Positions 50,636-60,348 of a stretch of DNA of 64,000 nt are shown here, one piece after another. This DNA comes from Myxococcota bacterium (GTDB lineage Bacteria; Myxococcota_A; UBA9160; UBA6930). The DNA lies in assembly GCA_965223415.1 (NCBI GenBank), contig OZ245002.1:5728001-5792000 (forward strand), written 5' to 3'. The position numbers and the translations under genes are program-made. The notes beneath the pieces were generated by a model. The model made no database searches. It was not told the DNA's origin and worked only from the letters and a program-made list of their open reading frames with translations. The stretch's first letter is position 1. Each line of letters opens with the position of its first letter.

Positions 50636-51220
50636 ATGACCCTGCTGCGCACCCTCCTGATCCTCGCCGCCCTGGCCCTTCCGGCCGCGGCCTCCGCTGC
50701 CACGGTGCACCTGCACTCGCTCACCGGCAGCGTGCCCGGCTTCGGCTTCAGCACGATCCACTCGCTGGACGGCTGCCCGAACGGCGGCTTCTACATGTGC
50801 GGCAGCGAGACCCACGCGGTGACCCAGTCGATTCTCACCGCTCAGCAGGTGGGCTCGGCTTTCCACAACATCCACGGAAGCGTGAGCGTCGACGGCGTGC
50901 AGCGGCAGGTGAGCGGCGATCTCGACTTCGGCGTGGCCCCGGGCGCGGCGATCGGCCATCTGACGATCGCGGGCTGGGGCACCTTCCAGTTCCTGAACCT
51001 CCACTTCTCCGGCCCGGCCAACGGCTTCAGCGACGACAAGCTGTGGCTCTGGGGCCAGACCTACGATCCGCAGCTGCAGCTCGAGCCCGGCGAAGGCGAC
51101 TGGGGCCTGGACATCGCCTTCGAGGTGACGCCGGCGATGCCCGAGCCCAGCGGCGCCCTGGCCTTCGGCCTGGGTGCGCTGATCGTGCGGGCCGGCACCC
51201 GGCGGCTCCGCCGGTCCTAG
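50636..51220 (+). CDS. PEP-CTERM-like secreted protein (paralog 2)
   Basis: Signal peptide; MPEPSGAL + TM + RRLRRS; aligns with paralog 1 throughout. Confidence 0.85.
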   Translation: MTLLRTLLILAALALPAAASAATVHLHSLTGSVPGFGFSTIHSLDGCPNGGFYMCGSETHAVTQSILTAQQVGSAFHNIHGSVSVDGVQRQVSGDLDFGVAPGAAIGHLTIAGWGTFQFLNLHFSGPANGFSDDKLWLWGQTYDPQLQLEPGEGDWGLDIAFEVTPAMPEPSGALAFGLGALIVRAGTRRLRRS

Positions 51221-51984
51221 CCCGACGACCCTTCTTCGCGCCGGCGGCGGACCCGAACGGCCCGCGGCCGGCGTCGTGTTTCGGCCGCCGCCCCCTGCTC
51301 GAGGAACGCCGCGGCCATGCGCGGGCCGGCCCCCGCGTCCTCGTGCTTGAAGAAGACGTAGGCCTCCTCGGCGCCAGCGTCGGCGACCTTGTCGGCCCAG
51401 GCGAGGAGCGCAGCGTCGTCGTAGTTCGGGCGGCGCAGCCGCAGATAGAGGAGCCGACCGGCCCCCGGAAACGCCTCGGCGGGAGCCTCCTCGGTGTCCG
51501 CGAGGACGACGGCCAGGCCCCGCTCCCGCAGCCGCTCGTCGGCGCCCTCCTCGAGCCAAGAGGGATGGCGGAACTCGAAGGCGGCCGAGGTGCCGTCCGG
51601 GAGGAGATCGACGAAGCGATCGAGGCGTTCCATGTCGGCCGGGAGGTTCGGCGGGAGCTGGAAGAGCAAGGCCCCGAGCCGTTCGCCGAGGACGGCAGTG
51701 GTCTGGAGCAGGTAGCCCGTCTCCTCGCCCGCCTCCTTCAGCCGCTTGAAGTGGGTGATGCGGCGCGACGCCTTGATGACGAAGCGGAACTCCGACGGCA
51801 CCTGCTCCGCCCAGCCCTCGAGGACGCTCGTCTTCGGCATCCGGTAGAAGGTGTTGTTGATCTCGACCGCCGGCAGCCGCTCGGCATAGAAGGAGAGCAT
51901 CTCCTTCGCGGGGAGCTTCTCCGGGTAGAAGGGACCCTTCCACTCCTTGTACGAGAAGCCGCTGGTGCCGGCGCGCAGCGTCAT
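51217..51984 (-). CDS. DUF72 (YecE) family protein
   Basis: GTSGFSYKEWKGPFYP, VEINNTFYRMP, LFQLPP, FEFRHPSW. Confidence 0.93.
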   Translation of the reverse strand: MTLRAGTSGFSYKEWKGPFYPEKLPAKEMLSFYAERLPAVEINNTFYRMPKTSVLEGWAEQVPSEFRFVIKASRRITHFKRLKEAGEETGYLLQTTAVLGERLGALLFQLPPNLPADMERLDRFVDLLPDGTSAAFEFRHPSWLEEGADERLRERGLAVVLADTEEAPAEAFPGAGRLLYLRLRRPNYDDAALLAWADKVADAGAEEAYVFFKHEDAGAGPRMAAAFLEQGAAAETRRRPRAVRVRRRREEGSSG

Positions 51985-52045
51985 GGGCACCGGAGTATAG
52001 CTGCGGGGCCCTCGCGAGAGTGGGGGCGCTTCGACACGTCCCCGG

Positions 52046-53836
52046 TCACTCGGAGTCCGGACGGAGCACGAGGAAATGCTCGTCGTCTCCTACGTGGACG
52101 TTGCGGGTCGTGATCCGTCCGTCCGGAAAGCGAGCGACCACCCGCCGCAGACCCTGGGGCACGATCAGCTCGCCGAGGGGCGTCTCGCCCTTGGGCTCGC
52201 CATCGATCTCGATCGACGCCCAGGGAATCGCGTTCACGCTGAGCCGCCCCGGGGCGGGAGCCTCCGAGGGCGCGGGGGCCCGGGAAGGCGGCGGGGGAGG
52301 CGACTCGACGACGGGCGCAGCCGCGGGGCTGCCGGCCCGTGGCGAAGGCGTCGCGACCCGGGCCTCGCGCGGCGGCGCCGCCGCAACGTCCGGACGGGTG
52401 GCGGGCGACGGCTCGGCCGCGACGTCCGGGCGCGGCTCCGGCGGCGGCTCGACGACCACCTCGGGAGGCGCTTCCGGCTGCGGCTCCACGGCCAGTTCGG
52501 GGCGCGATTCCGGCTGCGCCTCGACCGCGACTTCGGGGCGCGATTCCGGCTGCGCCTCAACCGCGACTTCGGGACGGGCGTCGGGCTGCGCCTGCTCCGC
52601 CGGATCGGATTGAGTCAGGAAGGCGCCCACCGCGCCGAGCAGCAAACCGGCCACCAGGCCTGCGGCCACGACGCGCGCTCGCTCGCTCTGGAGCAGCGGC
52701 CGCCCGACGTCCTGCGCACCGCGAAGCCACGAGCGCCCCTGCCGAAGCAGCGCGGAGCCGACGCGGCGGCCTCGCAGGGCGAGGGCCCGGAGCGGGACGA
52801 CGTCGGGTGCGGCCCGCACCGCCGGCCCCGCCTGCGTGCTCGGCTCGTCGGGGGACGTGGCGACCGGGGCGACCGCCTGCGCGACCTCCGCGCCCGGAAC
52901 GGCCGCCGCGGGCGGGGTCGCCGGCGGCTCGGGGCGGCGGAAGGTGAACGGGAGGTTCCTGGCAATCTCCTCGATCGCCTCGCGGTCCGTCTTCGGGCGG
53001 GGCGTTTCGGTGCCGGGGCGGCGAGCCGGGGCGGGCGGCGCATCGATCGGCGGCTCGGGCGCCGCGATCTTCTCGGCCGGAGGCGGTGCGAGATCGACGG
53101 GCGGTGAGGACGGCGGCGACGACGGGATCGGATCGCCGCGAGCCTCCGGCTCCTCCGACGCCTCCGGGCCGACGCCCTGCAGCAGCTTGATCGTCAGGCC
53201 GTGGAGCGTGTTCGTGCTGCCCGCGGCCCGGCGATGGAGATCGGCGATCGTCGCGTCGTCGAAGCGGGCGCAGACCTCCTCCGACGCACCGCTCTGCTCC
53301 AGCCGTTCGCGCAGGTACTCCCGGGTCTCGGCGAGGGTCATCGGCTCGGTCAGCCAGACCTCACCCTGGGGCGGGTCCTCGTCGTCCTCGGGCGTCGCCG
53401 TCTCACTCACCAGCAGCCGAAGCCCCTCCTGGTGGGCGCACGCGCGAGCGAGATGGCGACGGGTCTCCTGGGGCTGGAGGTGGGCGTCGTCGACCATCAA
53501 CAGGAGCGCACCCCCGCGGCGGTGGGCCCGCGCGGCGGCGTGGGCCACTGCCGCCTCCGGATCGCCGCGGGCACCCAGCTCGTCGGCCACCCAGGCCCAC
53601 AGCTCCTGGGGCTCCAGCTTCGGGTAGGGAAGGTACACGCACCGCCACGCGGGACCGAGCCGCTCGGCGACCAGGCGGAGTAGCAGCGTCTTGCCGAGGC
53701 CGGCGGGCCCGGCCAGGCGCACGCAGAGATCGCCGCCGTGGAGGAGCCGGAGCAGCCCGGCCAGGGCCCTCTCCATCGCCGGACGCGGCACGTAGCTCTC
53801 GGTCGCGGCGGTCAGGGGAAAGGGATCGAAGGGCAC
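52046..53836 (-). CDS. ExeA-like AAA ATPase with TM segment, Pro-rich linker and C-terminal PEGA domain
   Basis: DPF N-terminus, GPAGLGKT, LLMVDDAH, TM segment, GRLSVNAIPWA...GETP. Confidence 0.8.
   Translation of the reverse strand: MPFDPFPLTAATESYVPRPAMERALAGLLRLLHGGDLCVRLAGPAGLGKTLLLRLVAERLGPAWRCVYLPYPKLEPQELWAWVADELGARGDPEAAVAHAAARAHRRGGALLLMVDDAHLQPQETRRHLARACAHQEGLRLLVSETATPEDDEDPPQGEVWLTEPMTLAETREYLRERLEQSGASEEVCARFDDATIADLHRRAAGSTNTLHGLTIKLLQGVGPEASEEPEARGDPIPSSPPSSPPVDLAPPPAEKIAAPEPPIDAPPAPARRPGTETPRPKTDREAIEEIARNLPFTFRRPEPPATPPAAAVPGAEVAQAVAPVATSPDEPSTQAGPAVRAAPDVVPLRALALRGRRVGSALLRQGRSWLRGAQDVGRPLLQSERARVVAAGLVAGLLLGAVGAFLTQSDPAEQAQPDARPEVAVEAQPESRPEVAVEAQPESRPELAVEPQPEAPPEVVVEPPPEPRPDVAAEPSPATRPDVAAAPPREARVATPSPRAGSPAAAPVVESPPPPPSRAPAPSEAPAPGRLSVNAIPWASIEIDGEPKGETPLGELIVPQGLRRVVARFPDGRITTRNVHVGDDEHFLVLRPDSE
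52400..52592 (-). repeat. Coding 36-bp (12-aa) tandem repeats, boundaries approximate
   Basis: QPESRPEVAVEA-like units, about 5 degenerate copies. Confidence 0.75.
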
Positions 53837-53841
53837 GGTGC

Positions 53842-54681
53842 TCAGTCCCGGAACGCCGGCAGTTTGGTCGTGGCTTCGAGGGTGCGCGCGGAGAAGAGCG
53901 TGTCGGGGATCTCCGGGTTCACGCGAATGCGCCGGAAGTACACGTCGGTGACGACGCCCTCTTCCTCTCCTTCGATCACCCAGTGGCTGGGCAGCAGGTG
54001 GCCCGGAAAGGGCACCATCTCTTCGGCCGGCGCCAGGATCGTCCGCCCCGGGGTCTCGGAGCCGGGCCGGAAGTAGCGGGCCTCCCGGATCGCGTAGCTG
54101 CCGGGCTCGATGAAGATCTCGACGCTCGAATAGCCGGTGTCCTTGAACGGCTCGACGCGCACCCGGTGGACCCGTTCGTCCCCGCGCTGCTCCACGCTCC
54201 GCCCGACGACGGCGAACTCGTCCGCATGGTTCACCTCCAGGTCCCCGAGGTGCAGGTCGGTCCCCAGGACCAGGTCCGCGCGTTGGGCGCTGGTGAAGCG
54301 GCGGACGCGCTGGAACTGGGGGAGGAAGAGGAAGCGGTCGTAGCTCGCCCCCCCACGGTGCTCGATCCGCAGCGAACGCAGGCCGTAGAGCTCGTTGCCC
54401 AGGCGGTAGTCGAGGAGGCTGTGGGCGCGGCCGCCGATCCGCTTGCGCGCCTGGGTAACCTCGTGCCGGCGCACCACCTTGCCGTCCTTGCGGGTCACGA
54501 TCTCCACGTGCTGGGAGAGGTCGACGCCGTAGAGGTTCTGGAAGGCGCGCTCGAGCACCTCTCTTCCCGAAACGTGGTGGAGCGGGTCGTCGACGACGGG
54601 AAAGGCGTCGCCCAGGGATTGGGACGCCGCCGGAGCCGCCGCGGCCAGCACCAGCCAGACGATCGCCGAGCCTCGGATCAC
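53842..54681 (-). CDS. Outer-membrane lipoprotein-sorting (LolA-like) protein
   Basis: Signal peptide; FLFLP..QRVRR, LGTDL..GDL, V..EIPDTLFS motifs. Confidence 0.7.
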   Translation of the reverse strand: MIRGSAIVWLVLAAAAPAASQSLGDAFPVVDDPLHHVSGREVLERAFQNLYGVDLSQHVEIVTRKDGKVVRRHEVTQARKRIGGRAHSLLDYRLGNELYGLRSLRIEHRGGASYDRFLFLPQFQRVRRFTSAQRADLVLGTDLHLGDLEVNHADEFAVVGRSVEQRGDERVHRVRVEPFKDTGYSSVEIFIEPGSYAIREARYFRPGSETPGRTILAPAEEMVPFPGHLLPSHWVIEGEEEGVVTDVYFRRIRVNPEIPDTLFSARTLEATTKLPAFRD

Positions 54682-55577
54682 GGCGTGCCCCGCTCGAGCC
54701 ACCAGGTGCGCAGCGGCGGCTCCCGCATCGGGAAGTCCAGGACGTGCACGCTGGCGACCTCGCCCGGCGCGAGCCGCAGCGGGCCGATGATCTCCGGCGG
54801 CGACACGTCGAGCCACACCGTCACGTCGCCGGGGATCACCGAGACCGTGTCCCCGGAGCGGCCCGCGGCGAGGGCGTCGCCGTCCGGCGCGTGACCGATG
54901 CGCACCTGGAAGCTCGGCTCGCTCGGGGACAGGCGGCCCACCAACGGCCCGGGCCCCTCGATGCGCGGCCGCAGGCCGGCCAGACAGCTCGGAACGGCAA
55001 CCTCCGGTGGGACGACCCAGTCGATCCAGAGCCCGCGGGTGCTCAGCTGCTGGGCGGCGACGCAGAGATCGGAGCAGGCATCCTCCAGCGCGGCGCTGAA
55101 GACGACGAGCCGCTCGGACGAGCGCGCCGAGCGGGGCTCGACCGCGACACCGCGGAGCGCCGCCGCCAGGGAGCCGGAGCCGCCCGAACTGGCGCGCTGG
55201 AGCTGCGCCGCGAGATCCTGGCCCGTGCGCGGCTCGAGCCGCAGCCCCTCGTCGCAGCCCTCGGCCGTCGCGTGGCCGACCAGCCGCGCGCGCGTCAGGC
55301 TCCCGGGCGGGAGCGCGTCGACGAAGGCCGAGGCGTGTCCGAGCGACCGCCCGCCAGAGCCCCCCCGCGCGTCGACGAGCACCTCCACGGGCGTCGGCGG
55401 ATCGCCGAGAGGCGTGTCCGGAACCGCGAAGCCCCGGTGCACCTGCACCGAGAGCTGGGCGGGGCCCGACGGGCCCGGCGCCTGCAAGGACGGCAGGGCC
55501 TGGCAGCCCACCAGGGTCAGGGCGGCGAAGAGGGGCGCAAGCCCGTTCCATTCCTCGAGGGGAAAGGGGAGCCTCAT
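54678..55577 (-). CDS. Putative lipoprotein with degenerate vWA-like domain
   Basis: Lipobox LVGC; VEVLVDARGG..., RLVVFS....DAC..DLC. Confidence 0.55.
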   Translation of the reverse strand: MRLPFPLEEWNGLAPLFAALTLVGCQALPSLQAPGPSGPAQLSVQVHRGFAVPDTPLGDPPTPVEVLVDARGGSGGRSLGHASAFVDALPPGSLTRARLVGHATAEGCDEGLRLEPRTGQDLAAQLQRASSGGSGSLAAALRGVAVEPRSARSSERLVVFSAALEDACSDLCVAAQQLSTRGLWIDWVVPPEVAVPSCLAGLRPRIEGPGPLVGRLSPSEPSFQVRIGHAPDGDALAAGRSGDTVSVIPGDVTVWLDVSPPEIIGPLRLAPGEVASVHVLDFPMREPPLRTWWLERGTP

Positions 55578-56665
55578 GTCCCGTTCCGAACCGCCTCGAA
55601 GGCGCGCCGAACCTTGGGCGGCGTGGAGGCCCCGAGCTCCAGGCCGGGCTGCGCCCGGAGTGCGCGACGGAAGTGCTCCTGGGCGGCGCCCTCTTGGCCC
55701 AGGGCGATCTGGGCGGTGCCGGCCAGGAGCTCCGCCCGCGCCACGCGGTCGCGCCGCGCCTGCTCCGCCGGGAGCTCCTCCGAGGCGCGCACCACCTGGG
55801 GCAGCAGCTCGAGGGCACTGCGGAAGCGCGCCTGGTCGATGAGCCGCTGGGCATCGGCCAGCACCACGTCCACCGCATCGAGGGGGGACGGCTCGGGCAG
55901 GGCAGGTTCCGCCACCGGCGGCGCGGCGGCCACCACCGCGGGGCCGGGAACATCGGCCTCCAGAGCCGCGCCCGTCACCGCGGGACCGGGAAGGTCCGAC
56001 TCGGGGGCCGAGGCCTGCGGCGCCGGCGTGGGGGCAACGGGCTCGGGAGGCGAGGGCTCGGGCGGCGGAGCCCCCGCCACCGGGGAGGGCGCCGGCTCCG
56101 CGGGCTCGGTCTCGGGAACCGCCTGCATCCGAACCACGACCACCGGCGCGGGCTCCGGGGCCGGTGCCGCCTCACGCTCGGGCGGCGGTGCGCTCGGAGC
56201 GGCGACCTGCGCGGAGGCGTCGGACCGGCGCGGCACGAGCGCGAGGCGAAGCGCTCCGTCCACGCTCTCCGCGGTGCCGGACGGGCCCTCGAAGGGACTG
56301 TCGCCCGCGAGACCGAGGGCCCGGTGGACGTTCTCGGCGGCGACCTCTTCCGCCCGCCGGGCGATCTGCTCGTTGCCCGGATCGAGGCATCGCGCGTGGC
56401 TCCAGAAGCGGTAGGCCTCGATCCGATCGATGGGCTCGAGTACGAGCGCCAACCGGTTCAGCTCCGCCACCCGCGCACGGGCCCACTCGGCCTGGGCCTT
56501 CTGCGGGTGGTCGACCGTGGGGAGCGGATCGGGCTCGCCCGGCCAGGCCGGACACGCACGTCCCTCCGCCGAGCGGGCGGCGACGAGGAGGACGAGGAGA
56601 AGGAAGAGGACGACGGACGCGTGACCGCGACGCGAAGGCCCCTGCATCGGAGGGGGAAGGGACAT
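55574..56665 (-). CDS. Exported protein with TPR-like helices and Pro-rich linker
   Basis: Signal peptide; C-terminal AQIALGQ..AA..HFRRAL...P..L....PPKV helix pair. Confidence 0.6.
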   Translation of the reverse strand: MSLPPPMQGPSRRGHASVVLFLLLVLLVAARSAEGRACPAWPGEPDPLPTVDHPQKAQAEWARARVAELNRLALVLEPIDRIEAYRFWSHARCLDPGNEQIARRAEEVAAENVHRALGLAGDSPFEGPSGTAESVDGALRLALVPRRSDASAQVAAPSAPPPEREAAPAPEPAPVVVVRMQAVPETEPAEPAPSPVAGAPPPEPSPPEPVAPTPAPQASAPESDLPGPAVTGAALEADVPGPAVVAAAPPVAEPALPEPSPLDAVDVVLADAQRLIDQARFRSALELLPQVVRASEELPAEQARRDRVARAELLAGTAQIALGQEGAAQEHFRRALRAQPGLELGASTPPKVRRAFEAVRNGT

Positions 56666-56735
56666 TCAAACAGGATTCTACGACGGATCCCGACGGGAAT
56701 CTCCCTCCAATACGCGCATCGCGAATCGGAACCGG

Positions 56736-59258
56736 CTACGGCTCGGACGCGCGCTCCTCGATGGCGGAGAGCAGCGCAGGGACGTCGATGCTCGCCTCCA
56801 GCACCCGCCGCAGCGGGTCCCCGCTCTTCTCCAGGCGCTTCCGGGCGGTGCGGAGGTTCCACCTCGTCGGATCCAAGCGTCGGGTCACCTGGGGCCAGGT
56901 CAGGGGCATCGACACCGGGGCTCCGGGGCGTGGCCGCACCGAGAGGGGCGACGCGATCAGCTGCCCCCGGGCGTTCTGCCCGTAGTCCACGTAGACCTTG
57001 CCGCCGCGGCTGGCGGCGGGCCGCGTCACGGTCGCGATCCCCGGCAAGGCCGCCACCACGCGCCGGGCGAGCACCTCGGCCAGGGTGCGCGACTCCTTGT
57101 GGGTGAGCTGCCCTCCGAGGGGCAGCAGGATGTGCAGCCCGTCCTGGCCGGACGTCTTCACGAAGTGGCACACGTCCAGAGCCTCGAGCTGCCGATGCAG
57201 CTCCCGTGCGATCGCCACCACGTCGGCGAAGGGCGCCTCCTTCGGGTCGAGGTCCACGATGCACCAGTCCGGATGCTCGAGATCGGTGATGCGGGAGCTC
57301 CACACGTGCAGGGGGATCGCGCCGGAGTTGACCACGTAGAGCAGCGTGCGCAGCTCGTTGCAGACGAAGTAGTCGGTGCCATCGATCGTCTCGCGCTGCA
57401 CCCAGGCGGGCGTGAAGCTGGGCGCGTTCTTCTGGTAGAAGTGCTTGCCCTCGATGCCGTCCGGGTAGCGAGTGAGCACGACCGGGCGATCGCGCAGGTA
57501 GGGCGCGATCCAGGGCCAGACCCCCTCGTAGTAGGCCAGCAGGTCGCCCTTCGTGTAGCCGCTGGCCGGCCAGAACACCTTGTCCTGGCGGGTGAGCTGG
57601 AGCTCCTCGCCCTGGGCCGGCGGATCGGGGGTCGGCAGGTCGGGTTCGGCCGCGGGCCGCGCCCCCGGCGCCGCGCACTCGGCGAGCGACACGTCCGGGA
57701 GCAGCCGGCGGAACACCGGATGGCGGAGCGTCCCGTTCGAAGTGAGGTCTGTGTAGCCCGCCTCGCAGACGAGCTCCGGCTCCAGGTAGCGCGTGCCGTC
57801 GGGCGGACGCTCGGGCCCGTCGCGCATGGCGGGTGTCGCCCGCTGCAGGCGCTCGGCGTCGGCAAGGATCTCGTCGATGTGGCCGTCCCGGAGGCCGGAG
57901 CCCGCGTTGCCCACGTAGCAGAGCTCGCCGTCGCGCCAGCCCGCGAGCATCACCGAGCCCAGCGAACGGCGGGAGCCCTGACCGGGCGAGATACCGACGA
58001 TCGCCAGGGCGGCGGAGCGCGGCACCTTGATCTTGAGCCAGCGCTTCGAGCGGCGGCCGTCTTCGTAGGGGGCGTCGGACCGCTTGGCCACGACGCCTTC
58101 GAGGCCGTGCTCGGTGGCGGCGGCGAAGAGCACCTCGCCGTCTCCTTCGACGTGGTCCGCGAAGCGAAGCGTCCCGATCGGCGGGACGCACCGGGCGAGC
58201 AGGCCCTTGCGCTCCACGAGGGACAGTGCACGCAGGTCGAAGCCCGCGGCGCCGAGCAGGTCGAAGGCGTAGAAGACCGTCGGCACCTCGACCACGCCGC
58301 GGGCGATCGCGGCGGCGTCGGTCTGGGTGAAGCGTCGGGTCAGGTCGCCGAACGACGCGCGCCCGGAGGCATCGAGGGCGACGACCTCGCCGTCGAGGAG
58401 CGCGTCGTCGAGCGGAAGGTGGCGGAGCGCGGTGGCGATCTCCGGATAGACGGCCGTGCGGTCCCGGCCCAGCCGCGAGAAGAGCCGCACCGCGTCGCCG
58501 CGCTTCTCGGCGAGGAGGCGCACCCCGTCGTACTTGAGCTCGAACAGCCAGGCGGGGTCCGAAAAGGCGGTCTTGCGAACGTCGGCGAGCATCGGCCGCA
58601 GCCGGGCGGCGTCGAGCTCGGCGCGCCGCGCGCCGGCGGCCTCGGCCGCCGCGGCCACCGCCTCGTCGCGGCGGGTGCCGGCTTCGAGCTCGTCCACCGT
58701 GAGCCCGGAGAACACGGAGGCGGGCTGGGCCTCCACCAGCTCGCGGTCCTCCGGGGGCGTCGCCCCCTTCTTGAAGAGCAGCCAGTCCCGCTCGCCGTCC
58801 CGGGCGGTACGCACCAGGGCGAAGCGGCCGCGCAGCTTCGAGCCCTCGAGCAGCAGGTCGAGCTTGCCGGCGGCCAGGCCCTCGGCCGGCGTGCGGCCGT
58901 CCACGCTCCGGTAGACGCCGTGGTCCCAGACGATCATCGCGCCGGCGCCGTAGTTGCCCTCCGGGATGACGCCCTCGAAGTCGCCGTACTCGAGGGGGTG
59001 GTCCTCGGTCTGCACGGCGAGGCGCTTCTCCGCCGGGTCCAGGCTCGGCCCCCGCGGCACCGCCCAGCTCACCAGGACCCCTTCGATCTCGAGGCGCAGG
59101 TCCCAGTGCATGCGGCTGGCGTCGTGCTGCTGGACCACGAAGCGGCGGCGGGCATCGGGGGGAAGAGCACGCGGCGCAGCACCCCCGGAGAGATCCCCGA
59201 AGGGCTCCGGCGTGCGATCCGGGTCGCGCTTCTTCCGGTAAAGCCGGAGATCTGCCAT
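56736..59258 (-). CDS. ligD: NHEJ DNA ligase D (phosphoesterase-ligase-polymerase)
   Basis: HDASRMHWDLRLE, ELKYDGVR, EGVVAK, TRYPDGI, DLDP, KTSG..GLH. Confidence 0.95.
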   Translation of the reverse strand: MADLRLYRKKRDPDRTPEPFGDLSGGAAPRALPPDARRRFVVQQHDASRMHWDLRLEIEGVLVSWAVPRGPSLDPAEKRLAVQTEDHPLEYGDFEGVIPEGNYGAGAMIVWDHGVYRSVDGRTPAEGLAAGKLDLLLEGSKLRGRFALVRTARDGERDWLLFKKGATPPEDRELVEAQPASVFSGLTVDELEAGTRRDEAVAAAAEAAGARRAELDAARLRPMLADVRKTAFSDPAWLFELKYDGVRLLAEKRGDAVRLFSRLGRDRTAVYPEIATALRHLPLDDALLDGEVVALDASGRASFGDLTRRFTQTDAAAIARGVVEVPTVFYAFDLLGAAGFDLRALSLVERKGLLARCVPPIGTLRFADHVEGDGEVLFAAATEHGLEGVVAKRSDAPYEDGRRSKRWLKIKVPRSAALAIVGISPGQGSRRSLGSVMLAGWRDGELCYVGNAGSGLRDGHIDEILADAERLQRATPAMRDGPERPPDGTRYLEPELVCEAGYTDLTSNGTLRHPVFRRLLPDVSLAECAAPGARPAAEPDLPTPDPPAQGEELQLTRQDKVFWPASGYTKGDLLAYYEGVWPWIAPYLRDRPVVLTRYPDGIEGKHFYQKNAPSFTPAWVQRETIDGTDYFVCNELRTLLYVVNSGAIPLHVWSSRITDLEHPDWCIVDLDPKEAPFADVVAIARELHRQLEALDVCHFVKTSGQDGLHILLPLGGQLTHKESRTLAEVLARRVVAALPGIATVTRPAASRGGKVYVDYGQNARGQLIASPLSVRPRPGAPVSMPLTWPQVTRRLDPTRWNLRTARKRLEKSGDPLRRVLEASIDVPALLSAIEERASEP

Positions 59259-59336
59259 GACGAACCGCCCGTATGGTAGTCTGACTGTCCCTCTCTTCCC
59301 CACACCGGCAACCTTCCCCCTGCAGGTGTCTCCTCC

Positions 59337-60188
59337 ATGGCAGCCCGCGCGACGTCCTCTGGGACGATTTCCTTCGGCCTGGTGTCGATTCCGGTCAAGG
59401 TCTACGCGGCGACGCGTTCCAAGAGCGTCCGCTTCAACATGCTGGACCCCAAGGATCGCTCCCGCGTGAAGCAGCAGCTCGTGAACGCCCAGACCGGCGA
59501 AGCGGTCGAACGCGGCGAGACCCTCAAGGGCTACGAACACGCCCGGGACCAGTACGTGGTGTTCGACGAGGCCGAGCTGAAGGCCCTCGAGCACAAGAGC
59601 GACAAGTCGATCGAGATCGAGGAGTTCGTCCCGATCGAGCGGGTCGACCCCCGCTACTTCGCGGGCGCCCAGCTGCTCGGTCCGGACAAGGGCGGCCAGA
59701 AGGCCTACCGGCTGCTGAACGAGTCCATGACAATGATGGGCCAGGTGGCCATCGGGCGCTGGAACACGCGCGGCAAGCAGCAGCTCGTCCTGATCCGTCC
59801 GGTGCAGCGCGGCCTCATGCTGCACGCCCTCCACTACGCCGACGAGATCCGCGACTTCGACGAGATCGAGTTCGGCGACGAGGTGACGCTGAAGAAGGGC
59901 GAGGTGGACCTCGCCACCCAGCTCATCGAGCAGCTCGAGAGTGCGGAGTTCAAGCCCGAGAAGTACGAGGACGGCTACCGCCAGGCGGTGCTCGAGGCGG
60001 TGGACCGCAAGGTCGCCGGCGAAGAGGTCGTCCTCGCGAAGCCCGCCGAGACCCAGGAACAGATCATCGACCTGGTCGCGGCGCTGAAGAAGAGCCTCGA
60101 GGAGAAGAGCGCCGACGCCCCAAAGAAGGTCGGCCCCAAGAAGGTCACCCAGCCGAAAAAGGCCCCCGCCAAGCGCAAGCGCGCCTAG
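59337..60188 (+). CDS. ku: NHEJ Ku protein
   Basis: GTISFGLVSIPVK, KGYE, DLVAALKKSL, basic tail. Confidence 0.95.
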   Translation: MAARATSSGTISFGLVSIPVKVYAATRSKSVRFNMLDPKDRSRVKQQLVNAQTGEAVERGETLKGYEHARDQYVVFDEAELKALEHKSDKSIEIEEFVPIERVDPRYFAGAQLLGPDKGGQKAYRLLNESMTMMGQVAIGRWNTRGKQQLVLIRPVQRGLMLHALHYADEIRDFDEIEFGDEVTLKKGEVDLATQLIEQLESAEFKPEKYEDGYRQAVLEAVDRKVAGEEVVLAKPAETQEQIIDLVAALKKSLEEKSADAPKKVGPKKVTQPKKAPAKRKRA

Positions 60189-60265
60189 GAACGCAAGAAC
60201 GGGGACGTTCCTTGCAACTTGCGTTCTTCGCCCAAAACGCAAGTTGCAAGGAACGTCCCCGTTCT
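60189..60265. repeat. Palindromic element, variant copy (30-bp arms 60196-60225/60236-60265, 10-nt loop)
   Basis: GAACGCAAGAACGGGGACGTTCCTTGCAACTTGCGTT-CTTCGCCCAA-AACGCAAGTTGCAAGGAACGTCCCCGTTCT. Confidence 0.95.
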
Positions 60266-60348
60266 GTCACGTGTGCAATCCAGTCGCGAGTGCCTAGAAT
60301 CGGGCCATCCCTCGAACCCCCCACGCCTTCGCGCTTTCGAGGATTCCG

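Noticed and set aside
56736..60188. ligD-ku as a novel system
   Set aside because: Standard bacterial NHEJ pair with canonical domain order.
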